DNA of 33,587 bases from IMG/VR virus record IMGVR_UViG_3300045988_171205. One strand, written 5' to 3'. This document shows, piece after piece, positions 8,641-17,499 of this stretch. Numbering within the stretch: the first letter of the stretch is position 1; each line of letters opens with the position of its first letter. Made by a program: the position numbers and the translations under genes. The notes beneath the pieces were generated by a model, which was given only the letters and a program-made list of their open reading frames with translations, did no database searches and was not told the origin of the DNA. The DNA is from a virus.

Positions 8641-8945
8641 GTTTAGATATAGGAGTAAGAGCAACAAGAGAAGTTGAGATATTTGATAGGAATATTACTT
8701 ATAATCTTTCAAAAATGTACTATAAATGTATTCCTGGAGGTTTCAGAGCATTAGATGGTATGAGTTGTAAAGAAGCATTACCAATTTTACAAAAAGCCAT
8801 TGAAGATTTAATAGTGAATCAAGAGGAGTATGAAAAGCTAAATCCTGAAAATGGTTGGGGGACTTATTATGATTTATTAAAAGCAATTAAAGCTATGAGA
8901 AATTGTTGTGAAGATAATCCAGATGGAATTATTGATGTATGTTAG
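8637..8945 (+). CDS. hypothetical protein
   Basis: ATGA overlap with the upstream gene. Confidence 0.4.
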   Translation: MSLDIGVRATREVEIFDRNITYNLSKMYYKCIPGGFRALDGMSCKEALPILQKAIEDLIVNQEEYEKLNPENGWGTYYDLLKAIKAMRNCCEDNPDGIIDVC

Positions 8946-8960
8946 GAGGTGAATAAATAA

Positions 8961-9224
8961 ATGAGATTAATTACATGTGATATATGTGGTAAAGAAATAA
9001 CCAAAAGTTATCAAACGGTTACTGATTTTGACCAATTTTATGATGTATGTAAAGAATGTGAAAAAAAGTTTAATTCTTATAAAAAAGAAAAAGAGAAACT
9101 CTATAGTTCAATAAAAAAAGAATTTGATATTAAATTTAATAAAAAAGAAAAAGAACTACAAGAAAAATACGGTATTAAATTTATTAAAAACACTACTGAA
9201 AATCATAAAAACTATTTTGCATAA
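8961..9224 (+). CDS. Cys4 zinc-ribbon protein
   Basis: AGGAGGTG SD. CDICGKEI...CKECEKKF. Confidence 0.45.
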   Translation: MRLITCDICGKEITKSYQTVTDFDQFYDVCKECEKKFNSYKKEKEKLYSSIKKEFDIKFNKKEKELQEKYGIKFIKNTTENHKNYFA

Positions 9225-9347
9225 AAAATAAGACTTAAAGCCTTATAAAATAAAAGAAAAATAGATATAAATATAGTGCAATATAATAATATACATATCT
9301 TGCATTAAATAAATAGAGAGAAGGGAGGGTATATATTAGTTGATATT

Positions 9348-10208
9348 ATGACTAAAGAAAATCTAAAAGAAAAGAAAAAAGAGTTTATAGAAATGTTAAA
9401 ATTAGAAGAATTGGCTCAAAAAACTCTAGTAAGTTATGAAAATGCAATTGATAAATTCATTGATTTTGTAGATAATGATTTTACTTTAAGTAAGAGTCTA
9501 ATGATTGATTGGAAACATAGTCTAATTGAAAAATATTCAATAAAAAGCAGAAATCAATATATAGTTGTCATTAATAAGTTTTTAAAATTTCTTGGTTATG
9601 GTGATTCTGAAAATAAAGATAAAGATTATAGGATAAAACAATTTAAAGAGCAGTCAAAATCAGTCTTGGAAGAACAGATTGAAATACAAGAACATAAAAG
9701 AATGCTTAGATGGGCTAAAAAAATGAATATGATGGATATGTTCTATATTATTCAAATATTTGCTCATGTAGGTGCCAGAATAGAAGAACTAAAATATTTT
9801 ACTGTTGAAAATCTAGATAGTAATTATATAAAAGGGGCTTATAACAAAGGCAAAGAAAGAGTCCTTATAATGACTAACGAATTAAAGAGGGATCTTAAGC
9901 ACTACTGTAAGGATCATAAAATAAAGAGTGGCTATATCTTTATTAGTCCTGTAAATGAAAATCAAATGTTAAATAATTCTACTATTTGGAGGAGACTAAA
10001 AAAAATAGCAAGAAGTGCAAAAATTAATCCTAAAAAAATCCATCCACATGCTTGGAGACATCTCTTTGCTAAACAATGTAAAGAAAATGGAATTGATTTA
10101 GATGAATTAGCGGATATTTTAGGTCATAAAGATATAAATACAACAGCAATATATACTAAAACCTCAATGAAAGAAAAGAAAAATAAATTAGAAAGGATTA
10201 GATATTAG
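9348..10208 (+). CDS. tyrosine-type site-specific recombinase (XerC/XerD-like, second recombinase in the genome)
   Basis: SAM-like N-terminal domain. Catalytic signature VGARIEEL (R), HPHAWRHLFA (H-x-x-R), LGHKDINTTAIYTK (H...Y). Poor translation signals: a GAAGGGAGGG SD is present but lies 20 nt from the ATG. Confidence 0.8.
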   Translation: MTKENLKEKKKEFIEMLKLEELAQKTLVSYENAIDKFIDFVDNDFTLSKSLMIDWKHSLIEKYSIKSRNQYIVVINKFLKFLGYGDSENKDKDYRIKQFKEQSKSVLEEQIEIQEHKRMLRWAKKMNMMDMFYIIQIFAHVGARIEELKYFTVENLDSNYIKGAYNKGKERVLIMTNELKRDLKHYCKDHKIKSGYIFISPVNENQMLNNSTIWRRLKKIARSAKINPKKIHPHAWRHLFAKQCKENGIDLDELADILGHKDINTTAIYTKTSMKEKKNKLERIRY

Positions 10209-10307
10209 ATGAGTAATGGAGTATTAATTACATTAATTATATGTACTACAATATTAATATTAGCTTGGATCGGCAGCAAAAATAAATAGGAAAGATGGAG
10301 GCTTAAG

Positions 10308-10760
10308 ATGAATTATAAGAAATATTTTGTTACATATTATAATTACAAACAAGCCAAAATAAAATTACAGAACATCCAAAATGAAATAGCAGATATTATA
10401 AGTGCAATGTTATCTACAACTTCTCAAATGAGAGAGGTTGTTAATAGTAATAAGTCAAGTAATGATAAGATGATGGAATTAACAACTAGAAAAATAGAAT
10501 TAGATTCAAAAGAAGAATTAGCAAAAGAATTATTAGGTGTATATAATAGACAAATGCTAGATGCAGAAAAAGAATTAAAAGATAGTAAAGAGACTAAAGA
10601 TATTATTTATTATAAATACTTTATACAACATATTAAAGTTAAAGAAATATCAAAAGATATAGCATTTGCAAGAGAATATACTTACGATTTATTAAAACAA
10701 ATTAAGAGTGATATAGCAAAAATTGAACAGGAACTTATTAAAAAAAATAAAAAAAAGTAA
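10308..10760 (+). CDS. putative late-gene transcriptional activator (ArpU/RinA-like)
   Basis: About 150 aa. C-terminal sigma region-4-like segment IIYYKYFIQHIKVKEISKDIAFAREYTYDLLKQI. Position immediately upstream of the HNH-terS-terL packaging genes is the conserved location for this family. Confidence 0.45.
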   Translation: MNYKKYFVTYYNYKQAKIKLQNIQNEIADIISAMLSTTSQMREVVNSNKSSNDKMMELTTRKIELDSKEELAKELLGVYNRQMLDAEKELKDSKETKDIIYYKYFIQHIKVKEISKDIAFAREYTYDLLKQIKSDIAKIEQELIKKNKKK

Positions 10761-10764
10761 AGTT

Positions 10765-10806
10765 CTTACAAAATCTTACAAAATCTTACAAAACTTGTGT
10801 TACAAT
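10765..10806 (+). promoter_or_regulatory. candidate activator-dependent late promoter: 3 x 10-bp direct repeats TCTTACAAAA (10765-10794) followed by extended -10 TGtTACAAT (10798-10806). No good -35
   Basis: Direct reading. Repeats are in 10-bp helical register and abut the -10. Confidence 0.45.
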
Positions 10807-10830
10807 GGTATCATGGAAGTATTCCAAAGG

Positions 10831-10859
10831 GACAGTAGAAAATAACTATTGTCTTTTTT
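10831..10859 (+). terminator. intrinsic terminator-like hairpin (GACAGTAG-7nt-CTATTGTC plus T6) in the leader between the late promoter and the HNH gene
   Basis: 8-bp stem with one G.U pair followed by TTTTTT. Lies about 20 nt downstream of the predicted late transcription start. Confidence 0.4.
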
Positions 10860-10881
10860 AATTGTTAGGGAGATGGTGATC

Positions 10882-11271
10882 ATGTTAAAGACTTGTAGTC
10901 ACTGTGGTATAGTGCCACAAGATCATATATGTCCTTATAGAAAGTATAAAAATAAAGATAATAGTGATGCAGCGGATAGATTCAGAAGAAGTACACGATG
11001 GACAAAGAAGAGTATAGAGATAAGAGAAAGAGATAAATACTTATGTCAGGTTTGTATAAACAAGTTATACAATACGATTAATGTTTATAACTATAATAAG
11101 TTAGAGGTACATCACATCGTACCAATTAACGAAGATTATAACAAACGATTAGACAATGATAATCTCATCACTCTATGTAACTATCATCATAAGATGGCTG
11201 ATTCAGGAGCTATACCTAGAAAGCTATTAAGCGATATAGTCTTAGGTATCCCCCCTACCATTGAAGAGTAA
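10882..11271 (+). CDS. HNH homing-type endonuclease (packaging-associated)
   Basis: CSHCG...C, then EVHHIVPI...NLITLCNYHHKMADSG (HNH motif). AGGGAG lies 9 nt upstream of ATG 10882. Located next to terS. Confidence 0.75.
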   Translation: MLKTCSHCGIVPQDHICPYRKYKNKDNSDAADRFRRSTRWTKKSIEIRERDKYLCQVCINKLYNTINVYNYNKLEVHHIVPINEDYNKRLDNDNLITLCNYHHKMADSGAIPRKLLSDIVLGIPPTIEE

Positions 11272-11290
11272 TTTCTTTTTAAAGGTAAAA

Positions 11291-11317
11291 GACCCCACCT
11301 ATCCACTCTGTTCACAC
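11291..11317. other. candidate cos region: unusually GC-rich tract GACCCCACCTATCCACTCTGTTCACAC between the HNH and terS genes
   Basis: Local GC richness in a very AT-rich genome. Position between HNH endonuclease and the P27-type small terminase matches HK97-like cos phages. Confidence 0.3.
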
Positions 11318-11361
11318 AAAATATAATTTCTCGTATGTTTTTTTGGAAAGGAGTGTTGGAA

Positions 11362-11706
11362 ATGAGTTTGGATGAGCAAGCAAGTGAAATATTGAAGATT
11401 GCTGAACAACATGGAGTAGAGCAAAACTTTTTATTCTTAACTACATTCAAAAGATATCAAGTTCAACTTAAGATTCTTAGTGATTTAAAAGAAAAGATAA
11501 ATGAGAGTGGAGCATTGGTAACAAAAGAATATGTTAAAGGAAGAAAGAACTTATATACTAATCCAGCAATCAGTGAATTTAATAAAACTTCGACTGCTGC
11601 TAATCAGACAGTTGCAATTCTAATTAAAATTATTAAATCATTGAGAACTGATGAGGGTGAAGAAGAGAATGAGGACGAGTTGTTAAAGGCATTAGGAATT
11701 AGATAA
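11362..11706 (+). CDS. terS: terminase small subunit (P27 family)
   Basis: GGAAAGGAG SD. SLDEQASEILKIAEQ...FKRYQVQLKILSDLKEKINESGALV...YTNPAISEFNKTSTAANQTVAIL has P27-family TerS architecture. Confidence 0.65.
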   Translation: MSLDEQASEILKIAEQHGVEQNFLFLTTFKRYQVQLKILSDLKEKINESGALVTKEYVKGRKNLYTNPAISEFNKTSTAANQTVAILIKIIKSLRTDEGEEENEDELLKALGIR

Positions 11707-13397
11707 TGGACAATAAAGCATACAAATATGCTAAATGGTGTCTTCGTTCGAAGTATGTACCTAAATATGTTAAAAAGCAATGTAAAGAGTTTATTAAAAT
11801 TGCAAATGGTAAAGATAAGAAATATTATCTTAATGAAGAGAAAGTAAAACAAATAGAAAATATATTAAAATTGTTAATAATGCCAAAAGGATTAAAAGCG
11901 GGTACACCATTATATGAGTGTACTTGTAATTATCAATGGCTTTTTTATATTTCTATTCTGGCGGTGGTTAGAAGAGATAATCCAGAAAAAAGAAAGTATG
12001 AGACAGCAATTTTAGAAATAGCAAGAAAAAACTTTAAGACCTATACTATAGCGACACTGTTTATCTTGCTTTTTTTAATGGAGCCAAAGTTTAGTAAGTT
12101 TTATTCTGTTGCTCCAGATGGTGCTTTATCTAGAGAAGTTAAAAATGCAATCGAGGAAACATTAAAATCAAGTCCTATGCTCTATCTTCATAAAGATACT
12201 CCGAGATTTAAGATTTTAAGAGATTCGATAGAATTTCTTTTAAAGGGAAGTAAATATTTTCCTTTAAATTATTCAAATTCTCGTATGGATGGTAAACTTC
12301 CAAATGTTTTCTTGGCAGATGAGGTTGGAGCATTACCAAATTCTTATGCAATCGAAGCAATGAGATCTGGACAATTAAACATATTAAATAAATTAGGTTG
12401 TATTATTTCAACTAAATATCCGACCGCTGATAATCCACTTGAAGATGAGGTTTCTTATTCAAAAAGAGTTTTAGATAAACTTGAAAAAGATGAAACTATA
12501 TTTGCATTGTTGTATGAGCCTGATAATCCAAAAAATTGGACTGATGATGATATTATTCTTAAGCAAGCAAACCCTGTAGCATTGGAGATTCCTGAAATAT
12601 GGCAAGATCTATTGAAAAAAAGGGCTAGAGCAATAGCAATAGAAAATTCAAGAGAAAATTTTCTTACTAAACATTGTAATATTATTTATCAAGGTCAGGG
12701 AACTGAATCTTATGTTGATATCAATGATGTCTTACAATGCAAAGTATCTCATATAGATTGGTCTGGTAGAGAAGTTTATTTAGGTGTTGACCTTTCAATG
12801 TCAAACGATAATTGTTCTGTTGGAATGGTTGCCGAAGATGATGGAAAAATACTAGCTGATGCAATTGCATTTATTCCAGAAGGAAGAATTGATGAAAAAA
12901 CACAATTTGAAAAAATAAATTATAGAAATTTTATAGAATCATTAAAATGTATTGCATGTGGAAATAAGACTGTTGATTATGCTGTTATAGAGGATTTTGT
13001 TTTTCATATAGAACAAAAATATAATGTTAAGATAAAAGCTCTTGGCTATGATAGATATAATGCGATGTCTTCTGCACAAAAATGGGAAAGTGGAGATGGT
13101 GGTAAATACGATGGTATAAATTGTGTACAGATTCGACAACATTCCGATACTTTGCATTCTCCAACAAAGTTACTATTTGAAAAAATATCTAATAGAGAGT
13201 TTCAATATGAAGATAATAAGTTGCTTGAAATTAATTTTCAAAATGCAAGATGTACTTTTGATACAAATATGAATCGATATGTAACAAAGAAAAAATCTAG
13301 AGGAAAAGTAGATATGGTAGTCTCATTAATCAATGCTTGTTATCTACTTGAGCAAGATGTTATCTTTGAAGATGGATTCATAGTGCAAACTTTCTAG
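11706..13397 (+). CDS. terL: terminase large subunit (Terminase_1/HK97-like) with a deviant Walker A (ARKNFKT)
   Basis: 563 aa directly after terS with an ATGA overlap. N-terminal region matches the Terminase_1 layout (QW...; RKNxKT P-loop position). C-terminal nuclease part has D-rich motifs. Confidence 0.75.
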   Translation: MDNKAYKYAKWCLRSKYVPKYVKKQCKEFIKIANGKDKKYYLNEEKVKQIENILKLLIMPKGLKAGTPLYECTCNYQWLFYISILAVVRRDNPEKRKYETAILEIARKNFKTYTIATLFILLFLMEPKFSKFYSVAPDGALSREVKNAIEETLKSSPMLYLHKDTPRFKILRDSIEFLLKGSKYFPLNYSNSRMDGKLPNVFLADEVGALPNSYAIEAMRSGQLNILNKLGCIISTKYPTADNPLEDEVSYSKRVLDKLEKDETIFALLYEPDNPKNWTDDDIILKQANPVALEIPEIWQDLLKKRARAIAIENSRENFLTKHCNIIYQGQGTESYVDINDVLQCKVSHIDWSGREVYLGVDLSMSNDNCSVGMVAEDDGKILADAIAFIPEGRIDEKTQFEKINYRNFIESLKCIACGNKTVDYAVIEDFVFHIEQKYNVKIKALGYDRYNAMSSAQKWESGDGGKYDGINCVQIRQHSDTLHSPTKLLFEKISNREFQYEDNKLLEINFQNARCTFDTNMNRYVTKKKSRGKVDMVVSLINACYLLEQDVIFEDGFIVQTF

Positions 13398-13414
13398 GAA
13401 GGAGGTGATAGTAA

Positions 13415-14707
13415 ATGAAGATTTTTAATTTATTTTCAAAAAATAAAAGAGATGAAACAGAAGCTAATGCTGAATCTTTAGAAGACCCACTATTGAATGT
13501 TATTTTAAAAGATACTGTAGTTGATAGAGATGTTGCATTGTCTATTCCAGTAATAAGTAGTTCGGTTAATTTGATTTGTGACACATTTGCAATGATACCT
13601 TTTAAACTATATAAGACCGTTAAAAATAAAGACAAACTTAAAGCAGAAGAAGTTTATGATGATCCTAGAGTTCGTATTATCAACGATGATACAAAAGATA
13701 AACTTGATGGATTTCAAATGAAAAGGGCAATGTGTGAAGATTACTTATTAGGTAAGGGTGGCTATGCATACATTAAAAAAATAAAGAATCAATTTTCTGG
13801 TTTGTTTTATGTAGAAGATAAAGAAGTTACAATTAATAAAAATTATGATCCAATATATAAGTCTTACAAGATATTAATAAAAGGCGAGGAATATGATGAT
13901 TATAACTTTATCAAACTTTTGAGAAATACCAAAGATGGTGCTAGTGGAAGAGGTTTGGTTAATGAAATATCTACAGCAATAAAAACTGCTCGTCAAAGAT
14001 TATTGTATGAATATGATTTGATTCTTACTGGTGGCTCTCGTAAAGGTTTTCTAAAATCTCCAAAACATCTCGATGAGAAATCATTAAAGGCATTAAAAAA
14101 GGCTTGGGAAGATTATTATTTAGGAAATGCTAATACAGTTGTATTAAACGATGGATTAGAGTTTGATGAAGCAAGTAATACTTCTAAAGAAAATGAATTA
14201 AATGAAAAAAATATAACTTTTATCAGTGAAATAAAAGATATATTTCACATATCTAGTGATTATAACAATTTTATAAAGAGTGCTATAATGCCTATTGCTA
14301 CTGCATTTACCACTGCCTTAAATAGAGATTTTTTACTCGAAAAAGAGAAAGAATCTTTTTATTTTGCTCCTGATTTCAATGAATTGTTAAAAGGATTAAT
14401 GAAAGAAAGATTTGAGGCTTATAAAATTGCTATAGAAACAGGATTTAAGACAAGAAATGAGATTCGTTATATGGAAGATGATGATGCTTTACCAGGATTA
14501 GATATGGTTAATTTAGGACTTGGTGATGTTTTATTAAATCCAGAAACTGGTGAGATTTATGTTCCTAATACGAACAAGTTAATTAAAATGGGCGAGTCTG
14601 GAACTGTTGATAAAAATATAAATATTGATAATTCACCTGATACTGATAAAAATGTTAATTCAAATATAGATGGTGAAGGAGGTGATATAAATGCACATAG
14701 AGATTAG
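13415..14707 (+). CDS. portal protein (HK97 family)
   Basis: AGGAAGGAGGTG SD. 430 aa. Position after terL. N-terminus ALSIPVISSSVNLICDTFAMIPFKLYK resembles HK97-type portals. Confidence 0.7.
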   Translation: MKIFNLFSKNKRDETEANAESLEDPLLNVILKDTVVDRDVALSIPVISSSVNLICDTFAMIPFKLYKTVKNKDKLKAEEVYDDPRVRIINDDTKDKLDGFQMKRAMCEDYLLGKGGYAYIKKIKNQFSGLFYVEDKEVTINKNYDPIYKSYKILIKGEEYDDYNFIKLLRNTKDGASGRGLVNEISTAIKTARQRLLYEYDLILTGGSRKGFLKSPKHLDEKSLKALKKAWEDYYLGNANTVVLNDGLEFDEASNTSKENELNEKNITFISEIKDIFHISSDYNNFIKSAIMPIATAFTTALNRDFLLEKEKESFYFAPDFNELLKGLMKERFEAYKIAIETGFKTRNEIRYMEDDDALPGLDMVNLGLGDVLLNPETGEIYVPNTNKLIKMGESGTVDKNINIDNSPDTDKNVNSNIDGEGGDINAHRD

Positions 14708-15491
14708 AGAAGATTCTGTTGTCATTACTGGATATGTTAATGCTGTTGAAAGATACTCAAAGCCTATTAAGGAATCTTTACATGGAAAGATAAGAACTTT
14801 CATTGAAAGAATTAGATCCGGAGTATTTAAAAGTGCATTGCAGAGAAACGATGATGTAAAAGTTCTTTTAAATCATGATGAAAATAGAGAATTGGCTACA
14901 ACAAAAGATGGAACTGCAATTCTCGAAGAAGATAACATAGGTCTTAGAGCAGAAGTAACTATTACAGATAAAGATGTAATAGAAAAGGCTAAAAACAATA
15001 AATTAGTTGGTTGGAGTTTTGGCTTTTATGCTAATTCTGATGAGTTAGGTAAAGATGGTAATAGTGAAACAAGAACAGTTACTAGTTTAGATTTGTTAGA
15101 AGTATCTATATTAGATGATACAAAGTCGCCTGCTTATTATGGTACAAGCATAGAAGCAAGAAGTGAAAATGAAAAGGTCGTTGAATATAGAGCATCTACT
15201 ATTGCGGAAATCGAAGAAGAAGCAAGAAAAAAACATAAGGCTGTTGATAAAAAAGAAGATAACAACTGGGATGAAATTACCAAAGAACATGAATTAATCA
15301 ACATTGAAAAGGAAGAAAAGAAAATAAAATTAGTAGCAGAAATGATTGCAGATATCATTCTTGAGAAATTAAAAGAAGGTGCTGATGAAAAAAAGACAAT
15401 ACCTGAAAATTCAGCCGCAGAAGAAGAAGGCAATAGAGCCTTTGATTATTCTTCTTATGAAGATAGATTAAGAAGATTAAAAAAAATCTAA
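14691..15491 (+). CDS. prohead maturation protease (HK97 family, S78-like)
   Basis: VVITGYVNAVERYS...LLNHDENRELATTKDG...GLRAEV matches the HK97 prohead protease family. Overlaps the portal end. Acidic C-terminus. Confidence 0.65.
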   Translation: MHIEIREDSVVITGYVNAVERYSKPIKESLHGKIRTFIERIRSGVFKSALQRNDDVKVLLNHDENRELATTKDGTAILEEDNIGLRAEVTITDKDVIEKAKNNKLVGWSFGFYANSDELGKDGNSETRTVTSLDLLEVSILDDTKSPAYYGTSIEARSENEKVVEYRASTIAEIEEEARKKHKAVDKKEDNNWDEITKEHELINIEKEEKKIKLVAEMIADIILEKLKEGADEKKTIPENSAAEEEGNRAFDYSSYEDRLRRLKKI

Positions 15492-15529
15492 ACATTTGTG
15501 TTAAGAAAAAAAGAAGGAGGAGATAAAAC

Positions 15530-16723
15530 ATGAATAAAAAAGGTTTAGAAGAAAAAAGAAATGATTTAAGACAAGAAATGACAGATATTTTAAATAATTC
15601 AAAAAAAGAAAATCGCGTAATGTCAGAAGAAGAAGTTGCAAGATTTGATGAAATTGAAAAAGAAATTAATTCAATAGATGCAACTCTAGAAAGGGAAAAT
15701 AAAATTGAAAAGATGGAAGAAAAGTCAGAAAAGACAGAGGATGAATCTGAACTAACTGCTGCTGAAAAAAGAATGTATACTTCAGTAGAAGAAAGAAATG
15801 ATTATAATGCTTTTGCAGAGTATATTAGAAGTCAAACTCTAAAAACAAATAGGGCAGATGCAAGTAATCTAACTAAAACTGATAATGGTGCTGTTATTCC
15901 TAAAACAATTGTTGATAAAATAATTGAAAAAGTAGAAGAAATTTCACCTGTTTATAGACTTGCTACTCATTATGATATTCCAGGAACAGTAAATATACCT
16001 ACAGAAGATACTTCTACTGATAGTGTTACTGTTGGTTATGCTACAGAGTTTACTGATTTAACATCACATAGTAATAAGTTTGGTACTATTGAGTTAACAG
16101 GATTCTTATATGGTGCATTAACAAAGATCAGTAGATCATTATTAAAAAATAGTAACTTCAAATTAACAAATTGGGTAATTAATAAAATGGCAAAGAAAAT
16201 TGCTAAGTTTATTGAAGGTGAGTTATTAAATGGAACTACATCTAAAGTAAGCGGTGTTGTAGGATCTTACGACTCTACTAATATGAAAAAGGTTTTAGCA
16301 AGCAAATCTGCTATTACTGCTGATGAGTTAATTGAAACTCAAGATTTAGTAATTGATTCTTATCAAGCAGATTCTATTTGGGTTATGAATAGAGCAACAA
16401 GAACTGCTATTAAAAAATTAAAAGATAGTAATAATAACTATTTACTAAATAGAGATCTTTCATCTAAATATGGATATACTCTTTTAGGAAAAGATGTTTA
16501 TGTTTCTGATAATGTTTCTAAATTAGGTACAGCATCTGCTAATGTTATTTTCTATGGTGATTTTAGTGGACTAGCAGTAAAAGAAAGTGAAAAAACAGAA
16601 ATTCAAATCCTAGATCAGTTATTTGCAGCACAACATGCAATTGGTATAGTTGCTTGGGGTGAAATAGATGCTAAAGTAGAAGATAAGCAAAAAATTGCTG
16701 TCGTTACAGCACCAGCAGCTTAA
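15530..16723 (+). CDS. major capsid protein (HK97 fold) with N-terminal coiled-coil delta/scaffold domain
   Basis: AAGAAGGAGGAG SD. 397 aa. Position after the protease. N-terminal about 100 aa E/K-rich coiled coil. Confidence 0.7.
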   Translation: MNKKGLEEKRNDLRQEMTDILNNSKKENRVMSEEEVARFDEIEKEINSIDATLERENKIEKMEEKSEKTEDESELTAAEKRMYTSVEERNDYNAFAEYIRSQTLKTNRADASNLTKTDNGAVIPKTIVDKIIEKVEEISPVYRLATHYDIPGTVNIPTEDTSTDSVTVGYATEFTDLTSHSNKFGTIELTGFLYGALTKISRSLLKNSNFKLTNWVINKMAKKIAKFIEGELLNGTTSKVSGVVGSYDSTNMKKVLASKSAITADELIETQDLVIDSYQADSIWVMNRATRTAIKKLKDSNNNYLLNRDLSSKYGYTLLGKDVYVSDNVSKLGTASANVIFYGDFSGLAVKESEKTEIQILDQLFAAQHAIGIVAWGEIDAKVEDKQKIAVVTAPAA

Positions 16724-16740
16724 TTTAGGAGGTCTTAATA

Positions 16741-17160
16741 ATGAAATATGAAGCTATTGAAAGTTTTAGCGGAATTATTTCTATGGCAAAGGGCGAAATT
16801 AGGGATATTCCTAATGATGCCCTAGTCAAAGACTTAATGAAGGCTAAACTAATAAAAAAATATACACCAACTGATGAAAAAATATTAAAAGATGAGTTGG
16901 AATCTGCTAATTCACTTATAAATGAGTTAACTGAAGAAAATAAAATGCTAAAAGAGCAAATAGAGGAATTATCTACTATTAACAAAGAAAGTGAAAAAAC
17001 AGATGATACACTAGTATCAGATGAAGAAGCAGAAAAAAAGTTATCAGAAGATGAAAAAATAGATGATACACTAGTATCAGATGAAGAAGCAGAAAAAAAG
17101 TTATCAGAAGATGAAAAAATAGATGATACATCAACTGATAATAAGAAAAATAAAAAATAA
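16741..17160 (+). CDS. acidic hypothetical head-associated protein with internal 20-aa tandem repeats
   Basis: AGGAGGTC SD. Contains the 60-bp tandem DNA repeat. Confidence 0.45.
   Translation: MKYEAIESFSGIISMAKGEIRDIPNDALVKDLMKAKLIKKYTPTDEKILKDELESANSLINELTEENKMLKEQIEELSTINKESEKTDDTLVSDEEAEKKLSEDEKIDDTLVSDEEAEKKLSEDEKIDDTSTDNKKNKK
16992..17130. repeat. 60-bp perfect tandem repeat, about 2.3 copies, in-frame (encodes KTDDTLVSDEEAEKKLSEDEKIDDT repeats)
   Basis: Lines 16992-17051 and 17052-17111 are identical; a third partial copy follows. Confidence 0.8.
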
Positions 17161-17181
17161 CCTCATAAAGGAGGGAAAAAT

Positions 17182-17499
17182 ATGAAAAAAGTTAGTGATA
17201 TAACTTATCAAGATATTGCAAACTATATCAGAGTTGATGTAACTGATGATAAGTTATTACAAGAAGAGTTAAATATATATTTAAATATCGCTAAAGACTT
17301 TATATCTAATTATACAGGAATACCTATAGAAACTAAAGAAAAAGATAGTGAATCATTGGATGATTATGCAGATTTTATTATCGTTGTATATATTCTTTGC
17401 CAAGATATGTATGATAATAGAACTATGTATGTTGATGGTAAGAATGTAAATAGAGTTGTAGAAACAATTCTAAATATGCATAGGAGAAATCTTTTATGA
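17182..17499 (+). CDS. head-tail connector protein (gp6-like, Phage_connect_1)
   Basis: AAGGAGGG SD. ITYQDIANYIRVDVTDDKLLQEELNIYLNIAKDFISNYTG matches the gp6-like connector N-terminal motif. Confidence 0.55.
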   Translation: MKKVSDITYQDIANYIRVDVTDDKLLQEELNIYLNIAKDFISNYTGIPIETKEKDSESLDDYADFIIVVYILCQDMYDNRTMYVDGKNVNRVVETILNMHRRNLL

